Shown here: positions 58,633 to 64,000 of the stretch, piece after piece
Layout of the letters: each line of letters begins with the position of its first letter
How positions within the stretch are numbered: position 1 is the stretch's first letter
From: Thermodesulfobacteriota bacterium
GTDB taxonomy: Bacteria; Desulfobacterota_D; UBA1144; Nemesobacterales; Nemesobacteraceae
Assembly (NCBI GenBank): GCA_965202785.1
Contig: OZ241855.1
Span: forward strand, 224,001 to 288,000
Direction of reading: 5' to 3'
DNA length: 64,000 nt
Notes under the pieces: model-generated
What the model saw: the letters and a program-made list of their open reading frames with translations, nothing else
What the model was told of the DNA's origin: nothing
The model's database searches: none
Position numbers and translations under genes: made by a program

Positions 58633-60303
58633 CTAAGCAACTTCTTGACGCTTAAGCATGGGAAGATATTTCCCGCCAAGGAGTATGTGCCCCTCGCTTG
58701 AACCGGCAAGAAGCCTTTGCACGAGATATTCTCTGTCAGGCCCGAGAACGTTAACCCCGTGGTCTGACTCGACAAGGCACAGAAGCTTTATGTCGCTGCC
58801 GTTTTTGGTTGCGGTTTCATAAACCGCGGAATAGTTGAGAAGAGCGGCTTCCACGGTGCCGCAGGGAAGAGAGGGATTCCGGGCTCCGGCGTGGTGTTCG
58901 CTCACGCCGAACCAGCATGGGTCAGGGTAGCCGTGAAAATGCAGAATGGACATTTCCTTCTCAATCAGAGAAGGGGCATAAAGAGCGGAGGAAAGTGCCT
59001 GAGAGAGTATAACGTAAGTATCAAAAGACGGCCTTATGTCTTTTCTTCCCAAGTCGACTCCTCTGGGTATCTCGAGATGAAGCTTTCCCTTCACAAGGCC
59101 AATTCTGACTATATCCGAATCCGGATTCAGGTTTGTTTTATCGCATCCCGACCTTGAAGTAACAATCCAGATGTCAGGAACCTGCTGGTACACCGTCTCA
59201 TCACCGAGAAGGGTTTTAACATACCATCTGTCGTTCGAGGCCGCTCTTACCTCCTCGGGGTTGTAACCCGCAATTTCCTGCAGGGAATTCCACATATCCC
59301 CGTCGATATATTTATCCCCATCGTATCCTGGGGGCTCGGCAAGCGCGATGAAGCCGTACGAAACTCCGGTCCTCCCGTCAAGTATCTTGTTCGCCACATC
59401 CCTGTGCGACAGGCGCTTTATCGCATCTACAAACTTTGACCCAGCGGGAAAAAGATCGGTGCTTTTAAGGTCCGCACCCAGGGCAGACAGCTTCTGGGCG
59501 TATTCAAATTCCTTCGGGTCGTATTCGCTTACGGAAAAACGCGTCAGAACGGGTGGCTTTATGGGAGCGTATATCTTCGGAATAAGCGAATAAAGCACGA
59601 AATCATCAAGCTGACCATGGGTATATATGGAATCGGAGAGATTCATGTTTATTATCGCAAAATTCCTGTGCGAAACCCCTATAACGATCTCCGACATGTT
59701 GGTTATCAGGTTTTTCAGGCCTAGGGAGATTTTTCTTTCATAAGTCGTATCCTCATTCTCAAACTCCGGGTCAAGTGACATTATCGTGATAACCTGAGTG
59801 TTATAGGGATCCTGGAGATAGCCGACGGTGAAATCGTCCGCCCAGCCGCTTATCTTCAGTATGCTGCTGACCGAAAGGGTATCTTTCCTGACAAACCTGT
59901 AGATGTTCTCGGCCACCTTGCTCAGAAACCACCTGAGCGGAGAAAGCTTCTTTTTAACGTCTATTACGGCGTTTACCTTCCTCCTCACGGACCTAAGTCC
60001 CATGAGCTTGGAAAACATTCCGTAAGATGCGTCCTCAATTGTTGCGTCTTCCCAGGAAATAACGTTGACCCCGTTGCTCAGAAGCGAGTTCCTGAGTCTC
60101 TCCCTGTACGCGTTTATCTCGGTGTCCGGGTAATTTTTCGGAATCGGCTTGAAGGTTACGGTAACCCGCTCCGACATCTCAGTGGGATTTTTGGGATTGA
60201 CTAGGTTTTTTATCTTCGGCATTCCGGCAAGTGCCGCTATGGTCCGCAGATCTAAATCCGCAATTCCCTGACGATCGTTCATAAAAAAGACAACCTCACA
60301 CAA
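58633..60303 (-). CDS. Large hypothetical protein with possible class II aldolase-like C-terminal domain
   Basis: 556-aa ORF within an operon; VTSRSG, RPSFDT, LHFHG, PCGT, DHG pattern. Confidence 0.6.
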   Translation of the reverse strand: MCEVVFFMNDRQGIADLDLRTIAALAGMPKIKNLVNPKNPTEMSERVTVTFKPIPKNYPDTEINAYRERLRNSLLSNGVNVISWEDATIEDASYGMFSKLMGLRSVRRKVNAVIDVKKKLSPLRWFLSKVAENIYRFVRKDTLSVSSILKISGWADDFTVGYLQDPYNTQVITIMSLDPEFENEDTTYERKISLGLKNLITNMSEIVIGVSHRNFAIINMNLSDSIYTHGQLDDFVLYSLIPKIYAPIKPPVLTRFSVSEYDPKEFEYAQKLSALGADLKSTDLFPAGSKFVDAIKRLSHRDVANKILDGRTGVSYGFIALAEPPGYDGDKYIDGDMWNSLQEIAGYNPEEVRAASNDRWYVKTLLGDETVYQQVPDIWIVTSRSGCDKTNLNPDSDIVRIGLVKGKLHLEIPRGVDLGRKDIRPSFDTYVILSQALSSALYAPSLIEKEMSILHFHGYPDPCWFGVSEHHAGARNPSLPCGTVEAALLNYSAVYETATKNGSDIKLLCLVESDHGVNVLGPDREYLVQRLLAGSSEGHILLGGKYLPMLKRQEVA

Positions 60304-60383
60304 CTCGTATCAGAGTACAGGTAAAGGGGCAAACAAAACAGAGCAAACGAAAGTTCCAACCAAGCCCGGACAACCTCTAGAGT

Positions 60384-61133
60384 TTAACGATTGCTACGGA
60401 TTTTTTCAATCTCGCGAAGCATCTCTTCCCGGACTACACCTTCAAGCTTCTCCCCACCCTCCTTTCCCTTTGGAAAGCTTGCGGTATCTATAGGAGGAAG
60501 AACTCTGACTACAATATCTGTGTCGGTATTAAGTTCGTAGGAACCCTTTTTTCTTATATCCTTGCCTCCCCATATGATCATCGGCACAACCGGCACCCTT
60601 GAAAGCGAGGCCATAAAAAAACCGCCCTGTTTAAAAGGAAGAAGTTCTCCATCCTCGCTTCTTGTGCCCTCAGGAGCAATAACCACCGAAGGTCCATTTC
60701 TTATTTTCCTTACGATTTCCCGGACTTTGTTCGTATCTCCAACCGAACCGTCCCTCGCAACGAAATACTGTCCGCTAAGTACGCACACCCAGCCAATAAA
60801 AGGAATCGAGGCGACTTCATTCTTCATGACCGCCCTCCACTCGAAAGGCAGCACCGCGGAGAAAACAGGTATGTCTAGGGAACTCTGGTGGTTGAACATC
60901 ACTATGAAAGGAGCTTGCGGGAAATTTTCAGTTCCTTTTACGTCAAGCTGAACTCCGCAGGACCAAAGAACTGTTTTTCCCCAAGGCCGAACGGAGCACT
61001 TTATAAGATGCCTTACGGCGAGAAGTGACATCACAACCCCCACACTGCCCCAGAACGCCGTAAACAGGGACGAAAAAATTATCGCCACAAAGCTTCTTAT
61101 TTTATTCATCACTGCTACTCCGTCACGTCGCAA
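60384..61133 (-). CDS. 1-acyl-sn-glycerol-3-phosphate acyltransferase (PlsC family)
   Basis: NHQSSLD, PEGTRS, PFKQG. Confidence 0.9.
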   Translation of the reverse strand: MRRDGVAVMNKIRSFVAIIFSSLFTAFWGSVGVVMSLLAVRHLIKCSVRPWGKTVLWSCGVQLDVKGTENFPQAPFIVMFNHQSSLDIPVFSAVLPFEWRAVMKNEVASIPFIGWVCVLSGQYFVARDGSVGDTNKVREIVRKIRNGPSVVIAPEGTRSEDGELLPFKQGGFFMASLSRVPVVPMIIWGGKDIRKKGSYELNTDTDIVVRVLPPIDTASFPKGKEGGEKLEGVVREEMLREIEKIRSNR

Positions 61134-61155
61134 AAAGAGTCTCCGGGACCCCGGC

Positions 61156-62079
61156 CTATGCGGGAACTATAATGTTTACTCCCTGCTCCTCAATCCGTAT
61201 ATCATGTTTTCCGGAACGAAGAAGGAATGTCTCCCCGTCCATGTGAGCCGGAAGATCGGTAAAGGTTTCAAACCGCAGTTGCTTCGCCCTTACAATACTG
61301 ACCTCTCGAAGTCCCTCGTGGTGACCCTTAAGCACCTTTTGTATCTTAAGAAGCCTCCCCACAGAACTCATGTCACTTATTATATGGATATCAAGATATC
61401 CGTCGAATATATCAGCCCCAGGAGCTAAATTGAACTTTCCACCCTGAAAAGGGCCGTTTGAAGCGCCGAAGAGAAGCAGTTTTTCACCCGCGGCGCCGAC
61501 TTCTCCATCCATCTCGGAGAAAAACCCTTGGAACCGAAATGCCTCGATCACCGCTCCAACAATGTAACCGAAGGAACCGAAGCGCCTGAGCCCTAGCTCT
61601 CCGAAATCATGCGCCACTGCCCCGTCCATCCCTACCCCGAAACCGTTTATAAAGCATTTTTCGTCGACAAAAGCCACATCAGCTTTTCTCGTTCGCCCAG
61701 AGAAGACATTGTCCACCGCCGCACGCGTATCAAGCGGAATACCGGCTGCCTTGGAGAAATCGTTCCCGCTGCCGCCCGGAATAATTCCCAAAATAGCTTC
61801 TGTTCCGCGAATCGAACTTACGATCTCACTTGACGTACCGTCCCCTCCAAGAGAAATCATGTGAGTAAAGCCTTCACGAAGTCCCTCTGTGGCGATCTTT
61901 GCGGCGTGCCCGGGAAATTGCGTAAACCTCACCTCGTGGATAACTTCTTTTGCTTCAAAAGCACTGCGGATCTGCTCAAGCGTTGGGCCAAACGCTTTTC
62001 TGCCCGCTTTGGGGTTCGCTATTACAAGATATTTCATCTTGTCTTCTTCTTGCTCCCGGAATCGGGGGTTTCGGAACAT
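61156..62079 (-). CDS. Diacylglycerol/lipid kinase, YegS/DAGK family
   Basis: NPKAG, GGDGT, PGGSGNDF, DGE; true start probably MKYLV. Confidence 0.9.
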   Translation of the reverse strand: MFRNPRFREQEEDKMKYLVIANPKAGRKAFGPTLEQIRSAFEAKEVIHEVRFTQFPGHAAKIATEGLREGFTHMISLGGDGTSSEIVSSIRGTEAILGIIPGGSGNDFSKAAGIPLDTRAAVDNVFSGRTRKADVAFVDEKCFINGFGVGMDGAVAHDFGELGLRRFGSFGYIVGAVIEAFRFQGFFSEMDGEVGAAGEKLLLFGASNGPFQGGKFNLAPGADIFDGYLDIHIISDMSSVGRLLKIQKVLKGHHEGLREVSIVRAKQLRFETFTDLPAHMDGETFLLRSGKHDIRIEEQGVNIIVPA

Positions 62080-62159
62080 TATGATACCCTACAACTTGAT
62101 TAATAATTGTTTTTCTGGTATTAAAACCTGATTTGCAAAAGGGATTTGGAGGATAATTA

Positions 62160-63080
62160 ATGACAGAAGAAGTCGCAGTTGGCGAAAAACTCAGCATGAA
62201 AAGCCTGCTTGAAGCGGGAGTTCATTTCGGACACCAGAAAAGTCACTGGAATCCGAAAATGAAATCCTTTATCTTCGGAGCAAGAAACGGCATTCACATA
62301 ATCGATCTTCAGCAGACCGTCACGCTTTTTAACAGGGCGTATACTTTCGTGAAAAACACAGTGGCGGACGGAGGAAACGTTTTGCTGGTGGGGACCAAGA
62401 AACAGGCCAGGGGAATAATCGAGGAAGAATCGGTCCGATGCAGCATGCCCTACATAAACACGCGTTGGCTGGGTGGAACCCTTACTAATTTCAACACGAT
62501 ACGTTCGAGGGTTGATTACCTGCTGGAACTGAAGAAGCTTGAGGAAGACGGGCAGATGGAAATGCTTCCGAAAAGAGAAGCGAAAAACCTTAGAAGGGAG
62601 ATAGTAAAGCTCGAGGGGCTTCTGGGTGGAATAGTAACCATGAGGCGGGCTCCCGATGCTATTTTCGTCGTAGATACAAAAAAAGAGCATATAGCCATAA
62701 AAGAAGCGAGAAACCTCTCGATACCGATTATAGCAATCGTAGACACGAATTGTGACCCCGCAAATGCGGATTATCCGATTCCGAGTAATGACGACGCCAT
62801 AAGGGCGATAAAGCTGTTCACTTCAAAAATAGCGGACGCCTGCATTGAAGGAACTCACATATACCAGGAAAAACTGGTGAGCGGAGAGGTTGAACAGGAA
62901 AAAGAAGACAGCCTTGATGGCGTAGTGGTAGAAAGGAAGGTGTTTGTTTTCAAAGAAGCTGAGTCCGACGATACCGAGGAAAGCTTTGTTTCCGTAGCGA
63001 TATCGGAATCTTCGCAAAGTGAAGACGCCCGGGCACAGAAAGAGATATCGGAGAATACAGAAGACAAAAAAGAGGATTAA
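62160..63080 (+). CDS. rpsB: 30S ribosomal protein S2
   Basis: [31 protein letters not shown]; acidic C-terminal tail. Confidence 0.97.
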   Translation: MTEEVAVGEKLSMKSLLEAGVHFGHQKSHWNPKMKSFIFGARNGIHIIDLQQTVTLFNRAYTFVKNTVADGGNVLLVGTKKQARGIIEEESVRCSMPYINTRWLGGTLTNFNTIRSRVDYLLELKKLEEDGQMEMLPKREAKNLRREIVKLEGLLGGIVTMRRAPDAIFVVDTKKEHIAIKEARNLSIPIIAIVDTNCDPANADYPIPSNDDAIRAIKLFTSKIADACIEGTHIYQEKLVSGEVEQEKEDSLDGVVVERKVFVFKEAESDDTEESFVSVAISESSQSEDARAQKEISENTEDKKED

Positions 63081-63082
63081 AA

Positions 63083-63679
63083 ATGGCTGAAATCAAGGCA
63101 ACAATGGTAAAGGAGTTGAGAGAAAAGACAGGAGCTCCTTTTATTGACTGCAAGAACGCACTTGTGGAAACCGACGGGGACTTCGAGAAAGCTTCCGAGG
63201 TCCTGAGAATAAAGGGCGTCGCGAAAGCTTCTAAAAAAACTACCAGAAAAACCGACCAGGGAATCATATCCTCATACGTTCACGCGGGCGGCAAGATCGG
63301 CGTAATGCTCGAAGTTAACTGCGAGACGGATTTTGTGGCCAGAAACGACGAGTTTCAGAACCTCTGCAGGGAAGTCGCGATGCAGATAGCGGCAAACAAT
63401 CCTACTTACGTAAAGAAGGAAGAGGTTTCGGAAGAAGAAGTAGAAAATGAAAGGCGGATTCTCAAGGCAGAAGCTATGGAATCGGGAAAACCCGAGAATA
63501 TAGCGGAAAAGATGGTTGCGGGAAGAATAAACAAGTTTTTCGAGGAAATATGCCTTCTTGAGCAGCCCTACATAAGAGACCCCAAGATGAAAGTCGTGGA
63601 CCTTGTAAACAACCTGATAGCCAAGATCGGCGAAAACATAGTTGTAAAAAGATTCGTAAGATACCAGCTGGGCGAATGA
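63083..63679 (+). CDS. tsf: Elongation factor Ts (short form)
   Basis: VKELREKTGA, EVNCETDFVA; 198 aa. Confidence 0.96.
   Translation: MAEIKATMVKELREKTGAPFIDCKNALVETDGDFEKASEVLRIKGVAKASKKTTRKTDQGIISSYVHAGGKIGVMLEVNCETDFVARNDEFQNLCREVAMQIAANNPTYVKKEEVSEEEVENERRILKAEAMESGKPENIAEKMVAGRINKFFEEICLLEQPYIRDPKMKVVDLVNNLIAKIGENIVVKRFVRYQLGE

Positions 63680-64000
<321 letters not shown>

Noticed and set aside
63083-63679. Truncated tsf
   Set aside because: A ~200-aa EF-Ts is a known natural form.

Overview
A 64-kb bacterial chromosome segment of about 50% GC. The gene content (alternative complex III, A2-type caa3 oxidase, short EF-Ts, gshB) fits an aerobic deltaproteobacteria-like lineage such as Ca. 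Dadabacteria, but this is inference only. Most of the window is housekeeping: actA/actB, bioD, three peroxiredoxins, trpCD, nusB, ribH, ribB(X), trpS, mnmA, mtaB, manC, trxB, mreBCD-mrdA-rodA, sco-coxBAC-IV-ctaA-ctaB, pepF, carA, gshB, gatCA, rsmI, rpsB-tsf-pyrH and five tRNAs. Two regions stand out. (1) At 9950-15600 is a metal-uptake locus in which a ~530-bp control module is present twice, once before a His-rich outer-membrane protein and once before a ZnuA/B-like pair. The module consists of a promoter, a Fur/Zur-type box, a 94-aa HxH/CxxC leader peptide ending in an RGPP arrest-like motif, a hairpin plus U-tract, an RBS and a signal peptide. (2) At 41700-50200 is an accessory island between carA and gshB containing transposase-less gene cassettes bounded by a shared 24-bp terminal inverted repeat (GGGAATTA-N8-ACTTGRCA). 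Two cassettes have exact 8-bp target-site duplications and one is nested in the other. The outer one inserted into the first codons of a DUF6884-like gene that heads a run with an HhH-glycosylase-like gene and endonuclease V. All family names come from motif recognition by eye; no searches were run.
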